Sequence record: NC_016163.1
Direction: 5' to 3' (one strand)
Length of the DNA stretch: 64,000 nucleotides
Part shown: piece by piece, positions 47,739 through 58,094 of the stretch
Position numbering within the stretch: position 1 is the first letter of the stretch
Layout of the letters: each line of letters opens with the position of its first letter
Program-made: the position numbers and the translations under genes
The notes under the pieces: generated by a model
Seen by the model: only the letters and a program-made list of their open reading frames with translations
Databases searched by the model: none
What the model was told of the DNA's origin: nothing

Positions 47739-47848
47739 TAGTTATAATCCCTTTAATAATTCAACTAAAAAGATGTTACAACTATAGTTTTTATATAAAA
47801 AAAAAAGAATCCCCCTATACCCCTTTTATGAGGTATAGGGTTCTTACT

Positions 47849-48561
47849 TTAAACTGGAAGAATATTACTTACAGCTTTTCTTTTCTCACCATCAAATTGA
47901 ATTAAACTAAATCCAACAGATTCTAAGATAATATTACCTTTTTTGATAATACCATTGGTAATACTTTCAATATCTGCTAATTTTGCAAATTCGGTAGGAA
48001 ATTCCTCCCTACCAAATGGTATAGCCATAACGTCTACACCAAATCGCTCAATCATTTCAGGATGCTCATCTTTAAGAGCAAGAAGTTTGTCGTAGTACTC
48101 TTCAGGTAAGTAATCCTTAATATTATCAAATCCTACTTTCTTAAACTCAAGAATTTTCATTGATGAGTTTTCAGGAATAGTGTCTTTAGGGAATATAGCG
48201 TTCCAAACAGCCATTGCACGGAATGGCTGCATAGCATATTTATCTTTATATGCGCTAATATTCTTAATTACTCCAGGTTTAAGATATTCAGTGTTACCAC
48301 TTCGAATAGATTCAATAACTGAATATTCGAAGTTTTTAAAGTTTTTAAAGACTGTGAATGGTTTAATTTTCTCAGATAGAAGAATATTATGCTCAAGCTC
48401 ATGAGAATAGAATTCACGGGCTTTCTTAGGCGTACTTGTTTTACGAATTTGAAGACCTTTCATATCAAAGTCAGGATTATCGTAAACGTTACCTTCTTTC
48501 GCAAGTACAATACCTGTATAAGTCTTCTTGTTAGGCGTTAACATGATTCGTTTATAGTGAA
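47849..48561 (-). CDS. polB: Family-B DNA polymerase C-terminal subunit, exon 2
   Basis: KKTY and KGLQIRKTST motifs; frame joined by splicing as MKSE-F-HYKRIM. Confidence 0.88.
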
Positions 48562-48911
48562 CATTTACATTCATCATAGTTCGTTAATCTATGACCGCTT
48601 TTTAAGCTGCTATATATTGCTATATAGATTAGACTATATCTTAAGTACATAACCTATTATGTACCTCTCCCCATTTCGCTTTAAAGGATTTTATAATTGA
48701 AGCCATTCCACTTCAATAACCTACCACTTGGCGCTACTCTACTTGCTTATTCACTTAGATTTCGGTCTAAGCTATGCTTTCGATAGTCGTTGAACCTTAT
48801 TCAATAATTTTTATATTATTTTAAATAATATAAAAATTCTTAAATCTTGGATGCTGATTGTCTCAATGAGAGTTCCAGCAGTTAAAGGAGTTTATAGTGA
48901 GCATCAAGTTT
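48562..48911 (-). mobile_element. Group I intron (350 nt, no ORF) in polB
   Basis: P1 AGTGAGT/GCTCACT with U-G; TGCTGG..TCAGCA P4; TTCAACGACTA and AAGATATAGTC P7; terminal G 48562. Confidence 0.92.
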
Positions 48912-50172
48912 ACTCACTTTTCATATTAACTCTAGGGCGATCTTCTGGAAGTACACCAGCCGCCTTAGTTAACTTATAGAAAACATCACCGATGAAATTA
49001 GTAATAAAGTAAGTAATTACAGCACCGATACTTACACGTTTTTCTTTAGTTAATTTATCAGGGTCTTCACCTGTTGAATCACAAATGTACTCAATAAATG
49101 GACGAATGTACAAGAATGTTGAGTCAGTATCTGATAACAGTACTGTTTTTCTCATCATTGCTTTTACTTTAGTAGTTTTATTTGAGAATGGATAAGAATA
49201 GAATACGAATGCTTTCATCAATTCATTCAATTCTTGAAGACTTTCTTTAATATCTTCTGGCGGTTTCTCAAAATTAAAATAGTTTTCTACAATTAGATTA
49301 CTTGTTACAAATTCTTCAATAGAAGGTAATTTTAAAAACTCCATTAAGTTATTCTTATAATAGAGCATTTCTCTAACTGAGGCAGTTTGACTTTTAACCA
49401 CCTTAATTACCATGTTTCTAATTTCGTCTGTAACTAGGAAGGTACATTTACCAAGTAGATGCTCTACAACATCATTAGTTGTTAAATCATCATTTAAAGT
49501 AAATTCTGGATCTTCCTCAAGATTACAGATATTATACATATACTGAGTAAGTTCATGTTCAGTATCAAATGTAAAGTTACCAGACATAAAGGCTTCAAAG
49601 CCTAAAATAGCGGAAATGATAATTTGCTGTCCGGTATAAGTAATTGATGGGCCGAGGTCAGGGTTAAAGAATATGAATGAACTTGCCCCGAATGCACCAT
49701 AATAGCTGTTAGCTAGAATTTTAAAGATGAGCTGCTTGATGTCAAGGAAATTATAAAGAGATTTATCAACATCGTTGATATGTTGAAGCATTTCCTTTTT
49801 AGTTACTTTACGAGCTTTAAGTAGGAACTCAAGGAACATTCCTGGAAGGTTTTCTTTCTTATTACGGTTATAGAAAAGAGTATTAAAGCCAGTAATGATT
49901 AATCGTTTATCTTCTGGAAGAACTTTATTGTAGACGACAATATCGGCTACTGTTGCGTCCGAATAAGTTTCCTGAACGTTATTATAGACTACTCCGTTAC
50001 GATTCTTCCAATCCTGCAGATAATCGCTTTTTAGTCTATTCCAATCAACTTTTTTAGCTTTTTTTCTTCCTAATGATGTAAGTTTTTCCTTTAGATCATT
50101 AAAAAAGAAGTCAAACGCTTTCTTTTCATTTTTAGTTAAACTTTCATAAGTAATCAATGTTATACACCTCAT
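48912..50172 (-). CDS. polB: Family-B DNA polymerase C-terminal subunit, exon 1 (probable TTG start at 50157)
   Basis: Motif B KILANSYYG and motif C SDTDS. Confidence 0.92.
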
Positions 50173-50268
50173 TTAACTAGATTTATCTCTATAAAACTAG
50201 TTTTGAAATAACACTAAAATAGAAAGTGATCAATTTTCTATTTCGTTAAACCCTTATAAGGATTTCAT

Positions 50269-50748
50269 ATGAAAAATACTATTGTTGACGAACTCTTAGC
50301 AGAAACTTCTGTCACCACGAACGATTTAAAAAATAACGCCTCTGGTGATGGTGCTGAATTCGCCGATGCAACTAATGCTGCCCTGACTGATCCTGATCTG
50401 GACATTCATGCAGATGGTATTCCACTGGAAGAACAAGAAGCTTCTCTTGCTCAACTGGCAGAATTCTACAAAAGTATGGAAGGTGAAGGCGGTGTTCTTA
50501 CTGAAGCTGCGCGTAACATCGTCCGTCTTAACCGTCAAACTAAGCTGCTGAACCTGACCAACCGTTCTGCACTGGTTATGGCTGCACGTAAAGGTGATCC
50601 GCTGTTTGCTAAATATGCTAAATTTAACAAAATGCGTAAAGCTATTCGTGCTCAGATCGTACAGAAGTATGGTGCTAAAGCTACCTCTTATGCACGTAAG
50701 CTGATGACCCAAAGTGTTGATAACACTGGTGGCGGTAAAGCTAAATAA
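50269..50748 (+). CDS. Late protein, 159 aa, probable processed head protein
   Basis: Late motif at 50210; LLAET and VLTEA motifs; acidic N-half, basic C-half; strong codon bias. Confidence 0.75.
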   Translation: MKNTIVDELLAETSVTTNDLKNNASGDGAEFADATNAALTDPDLDIHADGIPLEEQEASLAQLAEFYKSMEGEGGVLTEAARNIVRLNRQTKLLNLTNRSALVMAARKGDPLFAKYAKFNKMRKAIRAQIVQKYGAKATSYARKLMTQSVDNTGGGKAK

Positions 50749-50827
50749 GTTTAAACCCCTATATCCCCTTTCGAGGGATATAGGGAGTTTTATTACTCTT
50801 TTTTATAATATATTTTTGAAGTAAGGT

Positions 50828-51733
50828 TTAATCATCGTCTTCTTCAACATTTGACTCATCAATGAGTTCTAATTGAAGTTTAATTACACTACTCATATAG
50901 ACGTTTTCTTCAACTTCTTCTAGCTCAAGTTCGTCTTCCGTAGCATATCTAACGATGTTCATTTCTTCATCAGTAATGATAAATCTTTCTTCCTCTTCAG
51001 AATAGAAGAGTCTATAACCGTTTTTAATAACTAGTTCATCAAGAGATTTATCCTGATTAATCATATCATCATCTTCCTCTTCCTTTAATCTCAATACATC
51101 TTCGTCAATTTCAGTATCAGATTCTTTATTTTTTATATGTTCCGGTTTAGTTTCGCCACTACTAATAGCTTTCACATCCAGCGCCTCTACACCTTCCTCT
51201 TTCAATCTTGAGTTAAGGATATCATCAATAGACTCACCCTCAACTTCAATTACTCTGCCGCCAGAATAACTTTCAGCGGCTTTGCCACCCGATTGAAGAA
51301 GTGACATAACAAATGCAGCTAATTGATCTGGTGGAACGCCGAGGTCAGCATCGTCTCCAGAGTGTTTAGCAATATTATTTAGAATTCTCAGACGTCTATC
51401 AAGTTCTTCTGAACGTAATTTAGCTAATTGATTAAATAGAGTAGACTTAAGGCCACCTAAAGAGACAACATTACTAATTTGTTGTGCTACATAAATACCA
51501 CTAGGTTTTTTCTTTTCTTTAGTACCCATTCGCTTAGGTTTAGAAGATTCATCTTCATCTTCCATAGCGGTTAGTAATTTATCAGCATGACTAATTAGCC
51601 TGTTCTGTAGGCTTTCAATTTTAGATATTTCACTTTCTACTTTACCAGATACGTCTTTGAATTGGTTTTCAGTAATAATACTTTCTAGACGTTCTAATAA
51701 GTCGTTTTTCTGATCGACAATTTCTTCACTCAT
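50828..51733 (-). CDS. Hypothetical acidic protein, 301 aa
   Basis: Long ORF, GGAA RBS. Confidence 0.8.
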   Translation of the reverse strand: MSEEIVDQKNDLLERLESIITENQFKDVSGKVESEISKIESLQNRLISHADKLLTAMEDEDESSKPKRMGTKEKKKPSGIYVAQQISNVVSLGGLKSTLFNQLAKLRSEELDRRLRILNNIAKHSGDDADLGVPPDQLAAFVMSLLQSGGKAAESYSGGRVIEVEGESIDDILNSRLKEEGVEALDVKAISSGETKPEHIKNKESDTEIDEDVLRLKEEEDDDMINQDKSLDELVIKNGYRLFYSEEEERFIITDEEMNIVRYATEDELELEEVEENVYMSSVIKLQLELIDESNVEEDDD

Positions 51734-51891
51734 AATAAAATTCCATAAGAGATAATGACTTATTAATACATTTCTATAATTCTATAAAAATTATTATAGA
51801 AATATATTATTAAAATGAAATTAATAAAGAACTAAAATTTTGTTTACATTAAACAAAAAGTTAGCTTTTATGAGAAAAATGGTAAATCATT

Positions 51892-53622
51892 ATGACAAAA
51901 CCGACAGTGACTAAACAGTTGATTTCGACTCAACTTGTTTATGACGAGAACTTTAATCCCAATCTAATAACGATTGAAAAAATTAAAGATCAAGTTACTG
52001 GTAAGATTAAAAAGAAGGCATCTTTCGATAGTGATCCTAAAATCACTTACTTCATAACTAAGCCGGAACATGAGCTTACTTATCCAGTAAAAGTAATCGA
52101 GAGAGATAAACTCATTCCAATCACGACTAGTTATAAAGATTTATTTAAATCTATAGCTAAAGCTCGTAAACGTATGAATGAGTACAACGAAGCTAAAAAT
52201 ACACGGAAACGTGGTAAATTTAGGTTCCTTCATAATGACTGTAACGTTTATGGTTCCGATGTAGATCTTGCAGATTATGCAATGATGGAATGGGAGAAAA
52301 ATACCCCTCCAGATGTACAAGATGCTTCATTACCTCTTGAAAAAGTCTTTTCAGATATCGAAGTTGACATTTATAATTACGAAGGCTTTCCAGTGGAAGA
52401 ACTTGCTCCCTGTGAGATTAACTTTGTATCATATGTCAACCCAAATAGAGGATCGTTAGTAAAAGTATGGGTGCTCTTTAATGAAGAGAACCATTCTATG
52501 GCAGAATTTATTGATAACTATGCAGATGGTAGCGCATTGTTATCTTCGGATGATAATGAATATGCTAAATACGTATTAGACGATTTTATCAATAATAATG
52601 ATACAGAAAAATTAAAATTTCATAAGTTTAAGACTCTCGAAATAGAATTCTTTGATGATGAGCTTGAACTAATCAAATCATATATGAATCAGGTTAAAAA
52701 AGATAAACCTGATTTTAATGCCTTATGGAATGCCCACTTCGATATTAGGACGTTCTATGAACGCATTCTTAAACTTGGCGGCGATCCAGTAGAAATCTTT
52801 TGTCCAGAAAATTTCCCCGTTAAAAAGTGTGAAATTCGTAAAGATGAAAGAGCTAAAGACGTAGCTGACCGTTCTCATACATTTGATATCAGCGGTTATA
52901 CACATTGGGTCGATTTACTTTACTTCTATGCAGCTAACCGTAAAGCTAAAGGTCAAAAGGAATCTTGGAAGTTACAGGATATTCTCTTGTCAGAGTTAGG
53001 AGAAGGTAAATTTGAATATGAAGGTGATATCAAAACTGCAGCATATGTGAATTTTGAATCATTCCTTAAATACTCAATTTACGACTCATATCGTATGTAT
53101 CAGCTTGAGACTAAATGTCGTGACATTGATGTGATGTATGCTAACTCACTAATGACATGTACACGTCTTAATAAAGTTCTTAAAAAGACCACTTCTATCA
53201 AGAATATTGCAAAAGTATTCTTGGAAAAAGAAGGATATATTCTCTCCAATAATCTTAATATATTTATTGAACGAGAGAAAAAGAAATTCCAAGGTGCTTT
53301 CGTACTCGATCCAACTATGATGCAAAAGGTGGGAACCTTCATCAACGGAAGGAGGACTGCGAATATATTTGAGGATACGATAGACGAAGACTTAAGTAGT
53401 ATGTATCCGTCAATTATTCTTGCATATGGTATCGATAACGAAACGCTTTTAGGTAAATTCCTTGTATTCCTAGATGAAGAAGAGGAAACCACAGATCCAT
53501 TGTTTGATTCATTCGGTGAAAAAATGATGGAAGATGATCCAGAAATTATTGCAACCACATATTTTAACCTCAAGCCAGCAGCTTATTATTTAGAGAGGTT
53601 AGATGATTTTATAGAGAAATAG
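51892..53622 (+). CDS. polB: Family-B DNA polymerase N-terminal subunit (3'-5' exonuclease plus motif A)
   Basis: ExoI DIEVD, ExoII WNAHFD, ExoIII YSIYDS, motif A DEDLSSMYPSII; both early (51802) and late (51852) motifs upstream. Confidence 0.9.
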   Translation: MTKPTVTKQLISTQLVYDENFNPNLITIEKIKDQVTGKIKKKASFDSDPKITYFITKPEHELTYPVKVIERDKLIPITTSYKDLFKSIAKARKRMNEYNEAKNTRKRGKFRFLHNDCNVYGSDVDLADYAMMEWEKNTPPDVQDASLPLEKVFSDIEVDIYNYEGFPVEELAPCEINFVSYVNPNRGSLVKVWVLFNEENHSMAEFIDNYADGSALLSSDDNEYAKYVLDDFINNNDTEKLKFHKFKTLEIEFFDDELELIKSYMNQVKKDKPDFNALWNAHFDIRTFYERILKLGGDPVEIFCPENFPVKKCEIRKDERAKDVADRSHTFDISGYTHWVDLLYFYAANRKAKGQKESWKLQDILLSELGEGKFEYEGDIKTAAYVNFESFLKYSIYDSYRMYQLETKCRDIDVMYANSLMTCTRLNKVLKKTTSIKNIAKVFLEKEGYILSNNLNIFIEREKKKFQGAFVLDPTMMQKVGTFINGRRTANIFEDTIDEDLSSMYPSIILAYGIDNETLLGKFLVFLDEEEETTDPLFDSFGEKMMEDDPEIIATTYFNLKPAAYYLERLDDFIEK

Positions 53623-53623
53623 T

Positions 53624-55309
53624 ATGGAACAAGATAAAGTGTATAAACTCTTTATCGGGAGAACGGAAGAAAAAGTAAAACGATTTAATTTTACTTTATT
53701 AAAGGTGGAAGAAATTCCACCTACTCCTGGAAAGAAAGACTTAGCGTCAAAGCATCTTTTAACTGTTAAATGTGATAAAGATCATATTACACAAGTTAAA
53801 GCCTGTAATTTTAAAGGTAAATGCCTAATCTGTTCTGGTAAGAACCAGAAAACTACGGAGCAATTTGCTAAAGAAGTTGATGATATAACTAATGGAGAAT
53901 ATAAATTAGTCAGTGATTATATTAATAAATCTACTAAAGTTGATATAAGCCATTTAGAATGTAATAGGGCTTTTAAAGTAACCCCTAATGATTTTTTGAA
54001 TAAAAGTAATAGATGTCCTTTCTGCAATACTAATAGAACTAAACAGTATTCTAAAGATGATATGGTTCTAGCTACAATAGACACTGTATCTGAGTATTTC
54101 AATTTAAATGTCATAGATGAGACTGATGATTATTGGATTGGAAGAGATTTATTAAATGATATCCAATTAATCTTTAAGAAGAAATATATCTCTCAATTAG
54201 CTATCCGTTCTAAAAATCAGCGACCTGTAACCAAATATGAGTTTGCAGATATATTAGAGAAAGATGGGTATGAATTTGTAGATATTAATAGCATTCCTAC
54301 ACTAATAGGTGACAAAGAGAAATATTTAATTAGACATAAAGATTGTGACCATGAATACTCTGTAAGATATAATCACTTCTATATCAATGAAAGGCGTTGC
54401 CCTAAATGCTCTAAAGGTAGAAAATTCTCTAATGGTGAAAAAGAAATATTATCATTTATTGAATCATTAGGTATAGAGTGTATTCCAAATTACAGACCTA
54501 AAGGTAAGGGTAAAGAATTAGATATTTTTATACCTAGTATTTCTTTAGGTATTGAGTATAATGGTCAGTATTGGCATTCTGAAAGAATGTCTAGTGATAA
54601 ATTAAATTTATTTAAGAAGACTGAATATTTTGCAGAGAATGGAATACGTACAATTCATATTCTTTCTAGCGAATGGGCTTCTAAATCTGAGATAGTAAAA
54701 AGTCGTATTAGATATTTGGTTGGAAAAATAGATATAAGAATTCCTGCTAGGAAAACTATCTTTAAAGAAATACCATCTAAAACGGCCAACAACTTCCTAG
54801 AAGCTAACCATATTCAAGGTAAAGATAGAAATATTTTTAAATCTTATGGGTTATTCTATAATAATGGCCTTGTATCAGTTATAACATATAATAAGCCTAG
54901 GATTATAACTAATAATAAAAATGATGGTAAAAGCTTAGAGATTGGTAGATTTGCTAGCATTTTAAATACTAATGTGATTTCAGGGTTTTCCAAATTACTT
55001 AAAAACTCATTAGAACGGTTAATGGATGAATATACATTTATTTATACATACGCTGATATGCGTTGGTCTACTGGAGGGGTATATGATGCCAGTGGATTTG
55101 ATTTTGATTCTGTAACTAAACCGTCATATTACTATTTTAGAAATGATAGTGAATTATTCCATCGCTCTAACTTTATGAAGCATAAGTTGGTAGGTAAGCT
55201 AGAGAAATTTGATGAAAATTTATCTGAATACCAGAATATGCTTAATAACGGCTATGATAGAATTTGGGATTGTGGTAATTTAAAATACATTCTAAATTTA
55301 GATGATTAG
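53624..55309 (+). CDS. Second Hef-like endonuclease (Zn ribbons, PD-(D/E)xK, Mom/GNAT-like C-terminus)
   Basis: ELDIFIPSISLGIEYNGQYWH; EIGRFAS..GFSKLL..YADMRWSTGGVYDASGF. Confidence 0.8.
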   Translation: MEQDKVYKLFIGRTEEKVKRFNFTLLKVEEIPPTPGKKDLASKHLLTVKCDKDHITQVKACNFKGKCLICSGKNQKTTEQFAKEVDDITNGEYKLVSDYINKSTKVDISHLECNRAFKVTPNDFLNKSNRCPFCNTNRTKQYSKDDMVLATIDTVSEYFNLNVIDETDDYWIGRDLLNDIQLIFKKKYISQLAIRSKNQRPVTKYEFADILEKDGYEFVDINSIPTLIGDKEKYLIRHKDCDHEYSVRYNHFYINERRCPKCSKGRKFSNGEKEILSFIESLGIECIPNYRPKGKGKELDIFIPSISLGIEYNGQYWHSERMSSDKLNLFKKTEYFAENGIRTIHILSSEWASKSEIVKSRIRYLVGKIDIRIPARKTIFKEIPSKTANNFLEANHIQGKDRNIFKSYGLFYNNGLVSVITYNKPRIITNNKNDGKSLEIGRFASILNTNVISGFSKLLKNSLERLMDEYTFIYTYADMRWSTGGVYDASGFDFDSVTKPSYYYFRNDSELFHRSNFMKHKLVGKLEKFDENLSEYQNMLNNGYDRIWDCGNLKYILNLDD

Positions 55310-55505
55310 GAGATTGAAAATGACTTATTTTGACATTACTGATGATATGATCTATGCGGCTGAACAGGAATTACTTAATACTCCTGGAGAAGGAATCATT
55401 GATGAATCACTTGCTCAGTCAAATGTATTTCGATTCATTAAAGCTGCATTGGAAGCAGCTAATGTTCAAGTAGTTGATTGCCGTATATCAACTTCTGACA
55501 ATTAA
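55302..55505 (+). CDS. Hypothetical protein, ~67 aa
   Basis: GGAG RBS favours the internal ATG at 55320. Confidence 0.65.
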   Translation: MIRRLKMTYFDITDDMIYAAEQELLNTPGEGIIDESLAQSNVFRFIKAALEAANVQVVDCRISTSDN

Positions 55506-55570
55506 TGTGTTTAGTTATGATTCATTGATATATAATTTTATTGTATCTTCTATATAAGGTTAATTAATAA

Positions 55571-56404
55571 ATGAAAGAAGATCTAGAGGATTATATAAAT
55601 AGAATAATAAATAAATCCGAAATTCCTATATATGGAATAACTATATGTGAAAGAGGTAAAGAAGTAGATACATTTTCTATTTCTAATGGTAAAGAAAAAA
55701 TCATCCGTAACTTTAAAATATACGATACTGATTATGGTACCGTTATGGAAAAAGTGGTTGACGGTAAATTAGGTAACGGTTTAGTTCTTCCAACCATGCC
55801 TCATGGCTACGTTATTTATAAACGTGCTAGAAAATCTCATATAGGTGGAGGTAGAGTAATTAGGGTTAATAAAGCATTTATCCGACTGTTTTTTAGTTCA
55901 GATATTTGTTTCCTATCCGGTGGTAGACGTTATCAGATAGAAGAAGCTGATCTTCGATTTAAGGAAAAGGTTAAGATGGCTAAGAAGGTCAAAGATATAA
56001 AGAAGGTAATGAAAGAACATGAAAATGCTACGCTACCTTTAAAAGTAAGAACTCTTTTAGAATTAATTGAAGAGCAGTTTACTGTAGAGCGAGCCGAGGT
56101 TTTCAATAAATTAAATATTAAGATTCAAGACGCAATATTCAATATTAGTAGTATTAAATCTGCAAGAAAACTTCTTGAAGAAGCATATACTATTAAACGT
56201 AGAAATTTATGGTTTGAAACTATAGATTTTGCAATTAAAGCTTTGGAAAAGAAAAGAGATAATATATTTGATAATATTATGAATGGCTTTGATTCTCCAA
56301 AGTATCCAAAGAAACTCACTCAAATTAATGAACGTTTATCATTAGTTAAAGAGTTGATGGAAAAAGTTAAAGAAGACAACCAAAATAATCTTAATTCATA
56401 TTAA
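55571..56404 (+). CDS. Hypothetical protein, 277 aa
   Basis: Early-type variant at ~55529. Confidence 0.8.
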   Translation: MKEDLEDYINRIINKSEIPIYGITICERGKEVDTFSISNGKEKIIRNFKIYDTDYGTVMEKVVDGKLGNGLVLPTMPHGYVIYKRARKSHIGGGRVIRVNKAFIRLFFSSDICFLSGGRRYQIEEADLRFKEKVKMAKKVKDIKKVMKEHENATLPLKVRTLLELIEEQFTVERAEVFNKLNIKIQDAIFNISSIKSARKLLEEAYTIKRRNLWFETIDFAIKALEKKRDNIFDNIMNGFDSPKYPKKLTQINERLSLVKELMEKVKEDNQNNLNSY

Positions 56405-56418
56405 TAAGGAAATAGTAA

Positions 56419-57198
56419 ATGTTTAATAACATCCCTCCTATCATTAAAATTGTTGGTAACTCTGAAACTCTCCAAGCTTTACGTGAAAAGCTTGCAACTT
56501 TTACTCCTGAACAAATTGAAGAAACCTTCCGTGGTGGCTACAGCGATAATGATTTCTTTAATCGTATTATTAATGAAGCTCGTAATAAAGATAAGAAACC
56601 TTCAGTTTTTGAAGATATTCTTACTGATCTTATTATTAAGGCTACTAAGAAAAAAGCTGAAACACCTAAGCCTACTGAAGAAGTACCTGAAGAAGTTCGT
56701 ATTGATCTTTTGAATATGTCTTCTGAAGATATTCAAAATCTTTCTAAAGAAGACCTTGAAAATATTCTTAAGTCTCTTGATGCTTATCATCATCGTATTC
56801 AATCTAGCCGTGACATGGTTTGGAATACAATTATGTTGCGTGAGCAAGAAGCTCATAATAGTCTGACTGAAATCAAATCAAATCTAAAAGATTTCATCCA
56901 GATTGTAAACTCTCTCGCTACTGATGTTAAAATTCAGCTTCCAGAAATAGATAAGGCTAAAAGTGTAGTTACTTGGATTATTAGTGATCGTTTACTAGTA
57001 ATTGAACAGAAAACTAAACAAGTTTTGAATGGTGCAAAAACAGTTGCTAAAGCTATTCAAAATGGTGACATGATTTGTGATAATCCAACTTTCTTCTCAG
57101 AGCAAGTTAAAGTTCTTGAAGATAAGATGCTTCGTATTGATCAAGCTAAACAGCTTGGTAAACAGCTTAACGAATTATTGTCTGCTGTAGGCTATTAA
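56419..57198 (+). CDS. Hypothetical coiled-coil protein, 259 aa
   Basis: AAGGA RBS; terminator follows. Confidence 0.85.
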   Translation: MFNNIPPIIKIVGNSETLQALREKLATFTPEQIEETFRGGYSDNDFFNRIINEARNKDKKPSVFEDILTDLIIKATKKKAETPKPTEEVPEEVRIDLLNMSSEDIQNLSKEDLENILKSLDAYHHRIQSSRDMVWNTIMLREQEAHNSLTEIKSNLKDFIQIVNSLATDVKIQLPEIDKAKSVVTWIISDRLLVIEQKTKQVLNGAKTVAKAIQNGDMICDNPTFFSEQVKVLEDKMLRIDQAKQLGKQLNELLSAVGY

Positions 57199-57262
57199 GA
57201 TTTAAAAAACTAAAAAGTCTCTAACTCTGTAATAGGGTTAGAGACCTTAAGGATTATTTTTT

Positions 57263-58006
57263 ATGGCTAAAGAACAAGACCCGATAAATGTAACTTTTTT
57301 AAAAGAGTTATATATCGTTAATCAGACAATGAAAATAACTGGTCGCTATTTTTATGATTTCCCCAACCAAAGATTCATTGGTAGGATAGATAATCGTTAT
57401 TTTTCATTAGTCCATGATACCTTCAATGAACTTATTGAAAAAATTGGAATACAGTATAGTTTTGCCATTAATGGTAAAGAATTCTTCGATATCTTTAAAG
57501 AGTGCAAGAAACCATCTTTTAATGTAAAGCATTGTGTTATCCGAACTGATGAAGGTGATTTGAGTCAACCTATTTATCGTCTTCATAAAAATAACTCAGG
57601 TGAATTTGAAGATAATAAATTCGCTAAAGATTTCGAAGATGAATCTAAAATAATTGAATTTGATATTGAGACTGTAGAAGGTATCAATCCTGTTGAAGAA
57701 GAGTTAACATTTCATGAAGTAATTCTTAATATCTATAAAGATAAAGAAACCTATTTCAGAAATATTGTCTTTAACAGAAAAAACAAAAGTATAGTACTCA
57801 AGAAGTTCGATGAACCATTGGAAAAGAGAATATTTTTGACAACGGATCAGAAGACTTTCCTTAAATATAAAACTTTGAAGAAAAACCTTCCTCATGAGTA
57901 TATGAAAGCGGCTGTAGATACTTCTAATTACGAATATCTCAGACTTGAGTACGGAAATGATATATGGCATTTCCAAATAGAAATGAACGGAATATTTAAA
58001 TATTAA
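57263..58006 (+). CDS. Hypothetical protein, 247 aa
   Basis: AAGGA RBS. Confidence 0.85.
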   Translation: MAKEQDPINVTFLKELYIVNQTMKITGRYFYDFPNQRFIGRIDNRYFSLVHDTFNELIEKIGIQYSFAINGKEFFDIFKECKKPSFNVKHCVIRTDEGDLSQPIYRLHKNNSGEFEDNKFAKDFEDESKIIEFDIETVEGINPVEEELTFHEVILNIYKDKETYFRNIVFNRKNKSIVLKKFDEPLEKRIFLTTDQKTFLKYKTLKKNLPHEYMKAAVDTSNYEYLRLEYGNDIWHFQIEMNGIFKY

Positions 58007-58094
58007 ATTTAAATCAAAATATGGTCATATATTATTTATATGACGAATTAAACTTAATTCCGTTGTAAACAATACAAATAAAGGATAAGCTATA

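Noticed and set aside
47849-53622. Split intein joining the polymerase halves
   Set aside because: N-subunit ends DDFIEK and C-subunit shows no intein-C HN motif
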